Below, in pieces: positions 51,042-60,542 of a stretch of 64,000 bases of DNA (the first letter of the stretch is position 1; every line of letters starts with the position of its first letter). The stretch spans positions 1,184,001-1,248,000 of the forward strand of contig OY970368.1 in assembly GCA_963718615.1 (NCBI GenBank). Direction: 5' to 3'. A model generated the notes under the pieces. It searched no databases. It worked only from the letters and a program-made list of their open reading frames with translations, and was not told the DNA's origin. The stretch is from an uncultured cyanobacterium. Lineage in GTDB: Bacteria; Cyanobacteriota; Cyanobacteriia; PCC-9006; JAAUQQ01. A program made the position numbers and the translations under genes.

Positions 51042-53114
51042 ATGTCTTCCACCCAGAAATTCCTGTTTCAGGTTGCCAAGAAGTATCCGTTTAAGATCTT
51101 TTGGAGTATTCTGTTTGGTTTTTCAGGGGCCATTTTTAACGGGATTGGAACGACATTAATTGTCCCGGTTTTGCTGGCTTTAATTGGACAGGAAGCCTCG
51201 CTTGATGGTGGCCCACCGCTTTTGCAAAAACTCTTGTCACCCTTTGGCGAGATGGATGGAAGTCAGCGCTTGCTGGCAATGACCGCTGTGATTATTGTGC
51301 TGATCTTTCTCAAGAGTTTGACGAACTATCTCAGCACGCTGATTTCAACCACCTTGGGGCGGCGAATTACCTCGGACTTCCAAGAGCAAGGGCTGAAGCT
51401 GATTTTGGATGTGGATATCGATTATCTGACCAAGATGCGCGTTGGGGATTTGATGAACCGTCTGGGCGGCGAAATGAACCGGGCAACCCTTGCCATTACC
51501 GGGGCGGTTCAACTCTTTACGATTATTTCGACGATCTTTGTATTTCTGGTTATTTTAATCGGAATTTCTTGGAAAATCAGCATTGCAACAACATTGCTTT
51601 TTCCTCTTTCAGCGCTGCTGAACCGTGGCCTCATTGTCAATTCTAAGCGATTTAGCAAAGTGCTAACGACCGTTAACAATCAGTATTCGAGTGGATTGGT
51701 GGAACTGATTGGGGGAATGCGACTGGTGCGTTCAACCGGTAATGAAGGTCGAGAATTCAAGCGGTTTACGGACCTGATTGAAAACCGGGAGAAAATCGAT
51801 TTCTTTGCCAAAGCCAATACCGGTTTGATTGGTCCTCTCGCCGAAGTCGTTAATATTGTTTCGCTATTTGCCATTGTCTTTATTAGCCGTGCGATTTTTG
51901 CCAATCAGCTCGATGTTTTGGCAACGATTCTTCCCCTTTACATGATTCTGATCTTCCGGATGCTGCCCTACATCGGTCAGCTCAATTCGGCACGGGATAC
52001 GTTGGCGTTGGCATCTTCTCCCGTTGAAGTGGTTTATGACATGCTGCGGCGGGATAACAAATCGTTTATGCCTAAGGGCGATCGCCTCTATGCCGGTATC
52101 AAAAAGGAAATCCATTTTAAGAACCTTCAATTTGCCTATCCCAGCAGCCAAAATCTCATCCTCAAAGGCATTGATCTAACCCTGCCGAAAGGCACAACCC
52201 TGGCCTTGGTCGGCTCCTCTGGCGCGGGCAAATCGACCCTGGCGGACCTGCTGCCCCGATTCTATGATCCCAACGGCGGTCAGATTTTGCTCGATGGCAT
52301 AGATTTGCGTGAGTACGATATCCAGTCTGTCCGCCGCGCCATGGGGATTGTGAGCCAGGAAACCTTCCTGTTCAACAACACGATTCGCTACAACATTACC
52401 TACGGACGCCCCGAGGCCACTGAAGCTGAAATCCGCTCAGCACTGCAACGGGCTAATGCAGAGGAATTTATCTCAAAAATGCCGGAGGGACTGGAAACCA
52501 AGATTGGCGATCGCGGCGTCATGCTCTCTGGGGGACAACGGCAGCGGTTGGCGATCGCCCGCGCCCTTCTCCAAGACCCAGATATTCTCATCCTCGATGA
52601 AGCCACCAGCGCCCTGGATACGGTGTCTGAACGGCTGGTCCAAGAGGCTCTGGATGAACTGAGCCGCGAACGCACGACGTTAGTCATCGCCCACCGGCTC
52701 TCGACAATCCGCAATGCCGATCAAATCGCAGTCCTCGACCAAGGCCATGTGGTAGAACTCGGAACCCACGACGAGCTCCTGCACCAGGATGGGCTCTACA
52801 GCCAGCTTTGCGCGCTCCAGTTTGCGGAACGTCATGGCGAGGGCTCTCAGAACCAAAGCCCATTATCGGAGACAATAAGCCAGAAAACCACAGTCAGTCA
52901 GCTCTCCTACGAAGCCCGCAGTCGATTGAACTTTATGATTGGTTCCCTGGGTCTATTGGCAGAGGATTTGGTTGAGGATCCGGAGGAGCGGAGTGAGTTA
53001 TCGCGGGAGGCCTATGAGGCGGCGATCGCGGTTCTTAATCAATTGGAATCCTTAGAAAATCAGCGACCACTGACTACATTGATTCCAGGGGCAGAGCAAT
53101 CAATCCAACCGTGA
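51042..53114 (+). CDS. ABC exporter, fused TMD-NBD (HepA/MsbA-like) with a C-terminal extension
   Basis: Six TM segments; GSSGAGKST, LSGGQRQR and DEATSALD. Confidence 0.92.
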   Translation: MSSTQKFLFQVAKKYPFKIFWSILFGFSGAIFNGIGTTLIVPVLLALIGQEASLDGGPPLLQKLLSPFGEMDGSQRLLAMTAVIIVLIFLKSLTNYLSTLISTTLGRRITSDFQEQGLKLILDVDIDYLTKMRVGDLMNRLGGEMNRATLAITGAVQLFTIISTIFVFLVILIGISWKISIATTLLFPLSALLNRGLIVNSKRFSKVLTTVNNQYSSGLVELIGGMRLVRSTGNEGREFKRFTDLIENREKIDFFAKANTGLIGPLAEVVNIVSLFAIVFISRAIFANQLDVLATILPLYMILIFRMLPYIGQLNSARDTLALASSPVEVVYDMLRRDNKSFMPKGDRLYAGIKKEIHFKNLQFAYPSSQNLILKGIDLTLPKGTTLALVGSSGAGKSTLADLLPRFYDPNGGQILLDGIDLREYDIQSVRRAMGIVSQETFLFNNTIRYNITYGRPEATEAEIRSALQRANAEEFISKMPEGLETKIGDRGVMLSGGQRQRLAIARALLQDPDILILDEATSALDTVSERLVQEALDELSRERTTLVIAHRLSTIRNADQIAVLDQGHVVELGTHDELLHQDGLYSQLCALQFAERHGEGSQNQSPLSETISQKTTVSQLSYEARSRLNFMIGSLGLLAEDLVEDPEERSELSREAYEAAIAVLNQLESLENQRPLTTLIPGAEQSIQP

Positions 53115-53391
53115 TTGGGATGGGCTTGCAGGGTAGAACCGGCTTTGGCGGGCAAATCGGTTTAAATCCAGCGATGACCGGCGGACAAAGCGGCTCAACT
53201 GGGCAAATCGGTTCAATGATCCGGATGGGGAGTCCGGGAGACTTAATCGCAGCGATACCACCGGCTACATTGCGAGCGGCGATCGCCCGCTCCTTTGCAG
53301 CTTTAAGAACGTCTCCCCCATGAAAATCCACCGATTCCACAACATTGAGGTCGTTCGCGTGATGCAAATCCGTAATAGAGATCTTTGACAT
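53074..53391 (-). CDS. Putative RiPP/bacteriocin-like precursor: 45-aa leader ending VAGG plus 60-aa Pro/Cys-rich core
   Basis: GGAG SD 7 nt before the ATG; MSKISITDL leader start; repeated P(I/L)CP motifs. Confidence 0.6.
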   Translation of the reverse strand: MSKISITDLHHANDLNVVESVDFHGGDVLKAAKERAIAARNVAGGIAAIKSPGLPIRIIEPICPVEPLCPPVIAGFKPICPPKPVLPCKPIPITVGLIALPLESM

Positions 53392-53421
53392 GGGGCTTCT
53401 CCGAGGATAGAGGGTTGGACT

Positions 53422-53883
53422 TTAGGTTGAATAAACACTCGGATCTGCCGCGTTACGGAGCTGATCCGAAACATAAAAGTTGTTCGTCACCACTTGGGGA
53501 CATCGCAAGCAGGCGTTCTGGCCTTCCTGTTGCCACCAGCGGCAACTGGCCCGAATCTGACAGGGGGGTAGCGTTTCCGTAACGGTCTCAAAACCCTTGA
53601 CAATTCGCTCCGCTAGGCGACACTGAGAACCGTCGTAATGGGCGCAGCCTTTTTCTTCGCAGGTGCTGGCAAACCGAAAAACCTCTGTTGGGGTAACGGG
53701 CTCTGTCGCTGCGAGCAACTCCTCCGTTACGGGTTGCGGGGTTGCCAAATGGACCAAGCGAGGGGTTTCGACTGTTCCGACGATGATGCCAAAGGCGATC
53801 GCCCCTTCCCGATCCGGTTGGGCACTCGGACACAGCGTTTGCGGCTTGGCGGGTGCAGGCTGGGAAGCAGAATCTGAGGCCAT
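53422..53883 (-). CDS. 8-cysteine protein of unknown function
   Basis: CPSA, FRFA, Cx4CxHx5C, PPCxIRxxCRWW and ACLRCPQVVT. Confidence 0.8.
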   Translation of the reverse strand: MASDSASQPAPAKPQTLCPSAQPDREGAIAFGIIVGTVETPRLVHLATPQPVTEELLAATEPVTPTEVFRFASTCEEKGCAHYDGSQCRLAERIVKGFETVTETLPPCQIRASCRWWQQEGQNACLRCPQVVTNNFYVSDQLRNAADPSVYST

Positions 53884-54031
53884 CGGAAGCAGACTCCAAT
53901 CGTTAGAGTTTGATGAAGGTTACGCTGCTGACTCAACTGCCACAACCCTACGGCAGCGCCCCAGGGTCATGTTGCCAAGTTGGCATTTTGTCACGCCAGA
54001 AACGAAGCCCTAGGGGTATGCTGTTCTATTG

Positions 54032-54071
54032 GAAACGCAGCCCTTAGAAACGCAGCCCAGAAACGCAGCCC
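54032..54071 (+). repeat. Three direct copies of gaaacgcagccc upstream of serS
   Basis: Directly visible. Confidence 0.85.
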
Positions 54072-54119
54072 CCGCTTCAAACCCCCTATCAAAACCAGTA
54101 AAAAGCCAAGAGATCCACC

Positions 54120-55400
54120 GTGCTTGATATCAAACTCATTCGCGAAAACCCCGAAGCCGTGCAGGCCAAGCTCAATCTGCGCGGTGGTGACTATGATTTG
54201 CAACCGGTTTTAGCGCTGGATCAACAGCAGCGGGATTTGGAGACGAGGCGATCGCAACTCCAGGCCCGCAGCAACGAAATTGGCAAGGAAGTGGGCCAAA
54301 AAATCAAGTCCGGCAGCGACCCCAAGGGAGCAGAAATCGCCGCCCTGCGGGAAGAAGGCAACCAGGTGAAGCAAACCCTTGGTGAGCTCGAACCAGAAGA
54401 ACGGGAGCTCAAAGCCCAAATTCAGACATTTTTGCTGACGCTGCCGAATCTGCCGAGTGATACGACCCCCCAGGGGAGTGGTGAAGCAGAGAATGTGGAA
54501 CTGCACCGCTGGGGCGATGAGTATAAGCCCAAACCTGAGGGGATTTTGCCCCACTGGGAAATCGGTGAACAACTGGGGATTTTTAACTTTGAGCGATCGA
54601 CCAAAGTCGCCCAAAGCCGATTTGTCACGCTGCTGGGCGCTGGAGCGGCGTTGGAACGGGCGCTGATTTCGTTCATGCTCGACCAGCAAATCGCTGCCGG
54701 GTATGTTGAAGCCCTGCCGCCGATTTTGATCAACACCGATTCCCTCACCGCCACGGGCCAGTTGCCTAAGTTTGCGGAAGAAAGTTTTAAATGTGCCGAT
54801 GATGACCTTTGGCTCACGCCCACTGCTGAAGTTCCACTGGTTAACCTATATCGCGACGAAATTCTCGACAGCGACCAGCTTCCCATCCACCACTGCGCCT
54901 ACACGCCCTGTTTTCGACGAGAAGCGGGCAGCTATGGCCGGGATACGCGGGGGCTGATCCGGCTGCACCAGTTCAACAAAGTCGAGCTTATCAAAATCGT
55001 CAGTCCTGAAACCTCTGAAGCTGAGCATGAAGCCCTGCGGGAAAATGCCGAAGCCATTCTTAAGGCACTGGAGCTTCCCTACCGGGTGATTGAACTGTGC
55101 ACGGGCGATCTCGGTTTTGGGGCCGTTAAGTGTTACGACCTGGAAGTTTGGCTCCCCTCCGCCGGCACCTACCGGGAAATTTCCAGTTGCTCCAACTGCC
55201 ACGACTTCCAGGCGCGACGGGCCAATATTCGCTTTAAGGCAGCGGGCAAAAAGGGCACCCAGTTTGTCCATACCCTCAACGGTTCTGGCCTTGCGGTGGG
55301 ACGGACCATGGCGGCGATTTTGGAAAACTACCAGGACCCCAATGGCTCTGTGCGAATCCCGCAAGTGCTGCAACCCTACCTGGGTAAAGACGTGCTTTAG
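54120..55400 (+). CDS. serS: Serine--tRNA ligase
   Basis: [35 protein letters not shown] and TLNGSGLA. Confidence 0.97.
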   Translation: MLDIKLIRENPEAVQAKLNLRGGDYDLQPVLALDQQQRDLETRRSQLQARSNEIGKEVGQKIKSGSDPKGAEIAALREEGNQVKQTLGELEPEERELKAQIQTFLLTLPNLPSDTTPQGSGEAENVELHRWGDEYKPKPEGILPHWEIGEQLGIFNFERSTKVAQSRFVTLLGAGAALERALISFMLDQQIAAGYVEALPPILINTDSLTATGQLPKFAEESFKCADDDLWLTPTAEVPLVNLYRDEILDSDQLPIHHCAYTPCFRREAGSYGRDTRGLIRLHQFNKVELIKIVSPETSEAEHEALRENAEAILKALELPYRVIELCTGDLGFGAVKCYDLEVWLPSAGTYREISSCSNCHDFQARRANIRFKAAGKKGTQFVHTLNGSGLAVGRTMAAILENYQDPNGSVRIPQVLQPYLGKDVL

Positions 55401-55464
55401 GGGCAATCCCTAGCGCTAGCCCTTAGAATAAGAAAGGTTAACTCTTGCTAGAGCGAAGGATTTT

Positions 55465-56562
55465 ATGTCGGTTTTGGTTGCGATCGGGGTTCTGGCCCTG
55501 CTGATCTTTGTCCATGAGCTGGGCCATTTCCTTGCGGCTCGTTTGCAGGGAATTTATGCCAATCGTTTTTCCATCGGTTTTGGTCCGGCGCTGCTGAGCT
55601 ATAAGGGGTCGCAGACGGAGTATGCCCTGCGGGCCATTCCCCTGGGGGGGTATGTGGGGTTCCCCGATGATGACCCTGACAGTGATATTGATCCGAAGGA
55701 CCCGAATTTATTGCGCAACCGTCCGATCTTGGACCGGGCGATCGTCATCAGCGCAGGCGTAATTGCCAATTTGCTGTTTGCCTACTTCGTCCTACTGTTG
55801 CAGTTTGGTACGGTGGGGGTTCCCAATGGCTATGATCTGCAGCCCGGTGTCATCATTCCGCAAATTGTCGATGCCAGTGCTCCGGCAGCCAAGGCGGGTT
55901 TGCAGGCTGGGGATGTCATTCTCCAGGCGGACAGCAAAACCTTTGGGACTTCTGAGGATGAAGTGCAAGCCCTGGTAGACCAAATCAAGGCCAGCCCGAA
56001 CAAATCCATCCAGCTCACGGTCAAACGGGGCAATAGCGAACTGCCAATCACTGTGACGCCGAGTTTGGGCGAAGACGGCAGCGGTCGCGTCGGGGTTCAG
56101 CTTGCGCCCAACGGTAAGGCCCTCTTCCGGCGTCCCAAAAATATGCTTGAAGTCTTGACGCTAGCCGCCGATGAGTTTCAAGAGCTGACCAAGCGAATTT
56201 TTCAGGGCTTCGGTCTGCTCATCACTCGCTTTGGCGAGACGGCTTCCCAGGTGTCTGGCCCAGTGAAAATTGTCCAGTGGGGTTCCAATATTGCCCAGTC
56301 TGATTCGGGCAATCTGTTTTTCTTTGCGGCATTTATCAGTATTAACCTGGCGGTGATCAACATCCTGCCCCTGCCTGCTCTTGATGGTGGACAGCTCGCG
56401 TTTTTGCTGATCGAAGGCTTACGCGGTGGTAAGCCCCTACCCCAGCGGTTTCAAGAAACGGTTATGCAAACGGGTTTGTTTTTGCTCCTGGGGCTGGGCG
56501 TCTTCCTGATTATTAAAGACACCGTTCAACTGCCGGTTTTCCAGCAATTGTTTCAGCAATAG
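55465..56562 (+). CDS. rseP: RIP metalloprotease RseP (M50 plus PDZ)
   Basis: HELGH, AIPLGGYV and NILPLPALDGG. Confidence 0.95.
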   Translation: MSVLVAIGVLALLIFVHELGHFLAARLQGIYANRFSIGFGPALLSYKGSQTEYALRAIPLGGYVGFPDDDPDSDIDPKDPNLLRNRPILDRAIVISAGVIANLLFAYFVLLLQFGTVGVPNGYDLQPGVIIPQIVDASAPAAKAGLQAGDVILQADSKTFGTSEDEVQALVDQIKASPNKSIQLTVKRGNSELPITVTPSLGEDGSGRVGVQLAPNGKALFRRPKNMLEVLTLAADEFQELTKRIFQGFGLLITRFGETASQVSGPVKIVQWGSNIAQSDSGNLFFFAAFISINLAVINILPLPALDGGQLAFLLIEGLRGGKPLPQRFQETVMQTGLFLLLGLGVFLIIKDTVQLPVFQQLFQQ

Positions 56563-56565
56563 CCC

Positions 56566-57249
56566 GTGGTGAAGCAACCCAGAAAGCAACGCACGCAGCA
56601 ACGAACCACAAAAGCCCAACGACGCGCTTGGGAGATTCTCGATCGCCTCAAAGCCCTTTACCCCGATGCCACCTGCTCTCTCGATCACGAGTCCCCCGTT
56701 CAGCTCCTTGTGGCGACCATTCTCTCCGCCCAATGCACGGATGAACGGGTTAATCTCGTTACACCAGCCCTCTTTGCTCGATTCCCCGATGCTCCTGCTT
56801 TGGCGGGAGCGGATCGGGATGCGCTACAAGCCCTGGTAAAATCGACCGGCTTCTATCGCAATAAATCCAAAAACATTCAAGGAGCCTGCCACAAAATCGT
56901 GACGGAATTTGGCGGTGAAGTGCCTCAAACTATGGAAGAACTGCTAACGCTTCCTGGTGTTGCTCGCAAAACTGCCAATGTGGTTTTGGCCCATGCCTTT
57001 GGTATCAACAGCGGCGTCACCGTCGATACCCATGTCAAACGGTTGAGCAATCGCCTCGGTTTTGCCCAATCAGATAATCCCATTCAAATTGAACGGGACT
57101 TAATGAAATTAATTCCCCAGCCGGATTGGGAAAATTGGTCCATCCGGTTGATTTACCATGGGCGGGCGGTTTGTAAGGCGCGGAAGCCAGCTTGCGATCG
57201 CTGCCCACTCGCGGACCTCTGTCCTTCCGCGCCGCCAGCATTCTCTTAA
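56566..57249 (+). CDS. nth: Endonuclease III
   Basis: LSAQCTD, LPGVARKTANV, VDTHV and Cx6Cx2Cx5C. Confidence 0.96.
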   Translation: MVKQPRKQRTQQRTTKAQRRAWEILDRLKALYPDATCSLDHESPVQLLVATILSAQCTDERVNLVTPALFARFPDAPALAGADRDALQALVKSTGFYRNKSKNIQGACHKIVTEFGGEVPQTMEELLTLPGVARKTANVVLAHAFGINSGVTVDTHVKRLSNRLGFAQSDNPIQIERDLMKLIPQPDWENWSIRLIYHGRAVCKARKPACDRCPLADLCPSAPPAFS

Positions 57250-57271
57250 GGTCAACTAGTGCTAGGGCCAA

Positions 57272-57472
57272 CTAGTGCACCGCCGCCCGTTTCAGAATTT
57301 CCGATAACGATGCTGTGGAGGACAAGGGCGATCGCCCATGGGTCTCTTGGTCATCGTCTATGACCTGCTCTAGGAGTGGCATTTCTTGCCAACAGGTCCG
57401 ACAGAACCAATAGACTTGGCCGCTGCGAACATGACGGAGAATAGTGTTGTGGCAGCAAGGGCAAGTCTTCAT
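57272..57472 (-). CDS. Small zinc-ribbon protein
   Basis: CPCC...LRHVR...YWFCRTCWQEMP. Confidence 0.8.
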   Translation of the reverse strand: MKTCPCCHNTILRHVRSGQVYWFCRTCWQEMPLLEQVIDDDQETHGRSPLSSTASLSEILKRAAVH

Positions 57473-57684
57473 AGTAATCCACCAAAAAAGTTTATAGGTT
57501 ATCTTCAATCCATCGCGAACAGCTCACACAGCTTCTATTTCTTCAATGCTAAAAAGAGAAAGTGAGAATTCTCTATGAAAAGCCGTTTTACGTAATGAAA
57601 CGTTAGACTTTTCAATATTGCTTAGCGCAGAAATAATCGCTTAGTCAAAGCCTAACCCTAGACTACCCATTGATTTGTAGCGGG

Positions 57685-58392
57685 TTACTCTATCCAGCGA
57701 GGGACTTGATAATGGCCGCATTTAAGTTCTTCTTTAAGGCTTAAATAGCGGGGCTCATGGTAACCCACTAAGTTCCAAAATGCCGAAGAATGGTTAAAGT
57801 GAACCGTATGGCAAAGTTCGTGGATTAAAACATAGCGAACAATTGCCGGATTAAGAAATAAAAGTTTACTATTGAGGCTAATGCGATGCTGAGCGGAGCA
57901 GCTCCCCCATCGGGTCTTGGGCGATCGCACGGAAACGCCTTGATACTCTAATCCGGTCTCCGTACTGAGCTCTCTCAGCCAAGGCACCAGTTGGCGCTGG
58001 GCTATCTGGGTTAGCCAGCGCTTGAGGGCTTCCCGGCAGAGATCCCAGTCTTCCGTCGCGCCCCGTAGCAAGAGCTGCTGATGGGGAAGAACCGTGAGAT
58101 GGAGGGCTTTGTCGGAGGTCGCGCGATATTCCACCTGCCAAGTTTGGGCCAAGGCCAGGAGATTCAGTTGGGTTGGATAAGGGCCACTAACGGATTGGTC
58201 CGTGGGGACTTGCTGATCGGCGAGTTTGCGCTGTACGCGATCGATCCAATGCCGTTTTCTGGCCACGATATCGGGAATCGTCTTGCGATCGAAGCCTAGG
58301 GGCACCACGACTTCTAGACGCCCAATGGATGAAATTTTGAGTGAAACGTACTTGGCCCGCTTGCTTTCCCGGACAGAATAGGGCTGAGACAT
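57685..58392 (-). CDS. YgjP/DUF45 (M48-like) metal-dependent hydrolase
   Basis: RWGSCS, YVLIHELCH and NHSSAFW. Confidence 0.9.
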   Translation of the reverse strand: MSQPYSVRESKRAKYVSLKISSIGRLEVVVPLGFDRKTIPDIVARKRHWIDRVQRKLADQQVPTDQSVSGPYPTQLNLLALAQTWQVEYRATSDKALHLTVLPHQQLLLRGATEDWDLCREALKRWLTQIAQRQLVPWLRELSTETGLEYQGVSVRSPKTRWGSCSAQHRISLNSKLLFLNPAIVRYVLIHELCHTVHFNHSSAFWNLVGYHEPRYLSLKEELKCGHYQVPRWIE

Positions 58393-58679
58393 AGACGCAG
58401 ACAGCAAAAATGCGAACAGCAAAGGGACGGTCACTGGTTGAGATTTTAAACGATTCCTGGGCTTTAAGGGTAGGCTCAAGCTACATTTACGGAAAACTCA
58501 CTCCAACCCATGTGATAACCGAATCCTAGTGCTGAAGATGCGGCGGGAAACCCGCAAATGAGTGTTGTAATCTCATCTATCAATCGCTGAGGCGATCGCC
58601 CCATAATCAAGCCATCGGGAGCCACGGCAAGCCCTTGGCCCTGTCTCGCTTCTGACTGTTCTCCTACTGAGCTTGACCC

Positions 58680-60464
58680 ATGAAGACTGCCATTCCCTCC
58701 CAGGTATCCTATCACGAGCTGCTGACCCAGCTCCAGGCCGATCAGGTGCAGCGCCTCATCCTGAAATCCCAGCGGATTGAATATCAGCTCAAGACTGAGT
58801 TTGGCGGACAGCGATTCTATACGACAGCACCGGGGCAAACCGATGAGTTGCAGGAACTACTGCGCGATCGCACCGTGGAAGTGGTGAATCTGTCAGAATC
58901 GGAAATGAGTGGAGCGGGTTTGGCGGCATTGTTATTGTCAACCGGCCTGTTGGTGGGTGCGTTTGCTTGGTTGATGAAGCTGGGTGAGACGGAGGGGCTT
59001 GGCAATCGCTTTGGCAATAGTTTTGGGGGTGGCGTGATGGGCGTCGGTAAAAGCAAGGCCCGTGTTTATGACAAAGGCAAAACGGGTATTACCTTTGCCG
59101 AAGTTGCAGGGGTTGATGAAGCCAAGCAAGAGCTTCAAGAAGTGGTGGATTTTCTCAAAAATGGGGAGAAATATCGCAAAATTGGCGCAAAGATCCCCAA
59201 GGGAATTCTGCTGGTGGGTCCGCCGGGAACGGGCAAAACGCTGCTAGCAAAGGCCGTTGCAGGGGAAGCTGGTGTACCTTTCTTGAGTATGGCAGCCTCG
59301 GAGTTTGTAGAGCTCTATGTGGGGGTTGGAGCAGCGCGGGTGCGGGATTTATTTAACCGTGCCAAACGCCAAGCTCCCTGCATTATCTTTATTGATGAAC
59401 TTGATGCCATTGGCAAGTCTCGGGGAAATGCCAACTTGAATGGTAACGATGAACGGGAACAAACGCTCAATCAATTGCTGACGGAAATGGATGGATTTGA
59501 GGGTAACGATGGCGTTATTCTTGTGGCAGCAACCAATCGACCTGAGATTCTCGATCCCGCTTTGCGTCGGCCCGGACGGTTTGATCGCCAAGTCCTGGTC
59601 GATCGCCCGGATAAAATGGGCAGACTGGCCATTCTTGAGGTCCATGCCAACGGGGTGATGATGGGCGAAGATGTGAACTTGGAGGCGATCGCCACCCAAA
59701 CCTCAGGCTTTGCCGGGGCAGATTTGGCCAATCTGGTGAATGAAGCGGCTCTAATGGCGGCGCGCAACAACCGTCAGGCAGTGCTAATGGCTGATTTTGG
59801 CGAGGCGATTGAGCGGGTATTGGCGGGATTGGAGAAGCGATCGCGCCTTCTCTCTCCCCTAGAGCGCAAAACCGTGGCCTATCACGAAGTCGGTCATGCC
59901 TTCGTGGGTGCCCTCATGCCCGGTGGTGGAAAGGTCTCCAAAATTTCGATTGTGCCCCGAGGATTGGGGGCGTTGGGCTATACGTTGCAAACCCCGGAAG
60001 AAGACCGCTTTTTGATGATTGAAGACGAGCTGCGCGGACGCATCGCGACGCTGCTGGGGGGACGGGCTGCTGAGGAGCTGGTTTTGGGCAAAGTTTCCAC
60101 CGGAGCCAGCGACGATATCCAAAAGGCCACGGATTTGGCGGAGCGGGCGATTACCCAGTACGGCATGAGCCAGACCCTGGGACCGATTGCCTTTGCCCAA
60201 ACCCAAACCCAGTTTTTGGAGAACAGCAGCAATCGGCGAACGGTGAGCAGCGAGGTTGCAACGGAAATCGATCGCCAAGTGAACCAAACGATCAACCAAG
60301 CCTATGGCATTGCCCTAGACATTCTCAAGCACAACCGAGACTTGCTAGAGTTGGCAACCCAACAGCTACTGGCCACCGAGGTGCTAGAGGGAGAGGCGTT
60401 GCAGTCGCTTTTGGCTCAAGTTCAGGCTCCAGCTGTTGAAACTCCAGAGCCTGAGGTAGGCTAA
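58680..60464 (+). CDS. ftsH: ATP-dependent Zn metalloprotease FtsH paralogue (only one TM helix visible)
   Basis: [27 protein letters not shown] and GASDD. Confidence 0.92.
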   Translation: MKTAIPSQVSYHELLTQLQADQVQRLILKSQRIEYQLKTEFGGQRFYTTAPGQTDELQELLRDRTVEVVNLSESEMSGAGLAALLLSTGLLVGAFAWLMKLGETEGLGNRFGNSFGGGVMGVGKSKARVYDKGKTGITFAEVAGVDEAKQELQEVVDFLKNGEKYRKIGAKIPKGILLVGPPGTGKTLLAKAVAGEAGVPFLSMAASEFVELYVGVGAARVRDLFNRAKRQAPCIIFIDELDAIGKSRGNANLNGNDEREQTLNQLLTEMDGFEGNDGVILVAATNRPEILDPALRRPGRFDRQVLVDRPDKMGRLAILEVHANGVMMGEDVNLEAIATQTSGFAGADLANLVNEAALMAARNNRQAVLMADFGEAIERVLAGLEKRSRLLSPLERKTVAYHEVGHAFVGALMPGGGKVSKISIVPRGLGALGYTLQTPEEDRFLMIEDELRGRIATLLGGRAAEELVLGKVSTGASDDIQKATDLAERAITQYGMSQTLGPIAFAQTQTQFLENSSNRRTVSSEVATEIDRQVNQTINQAYGIALDILKHNRDLLELATQQLLATEVLEGEALQSLLAQVQAPAVETPEPEVG

Positions 60465-60542
60465 TATCGAGCTAATTTCTCTGGACGATGGTATAGGGGG
60501 TCTCCTGGGTAGTCTTAGGTAAAGCACCCTGTTGATGCCCCT

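Noticed and set aside
51042-53114. ABC exporter as the dedicated transporter of the neighbouring GG-leader peptide
   Set aside because: It has no C39 peptidase domain, is convergent with the peptide gene, and follows a glycosyltransferase, so glycan export is more likely.
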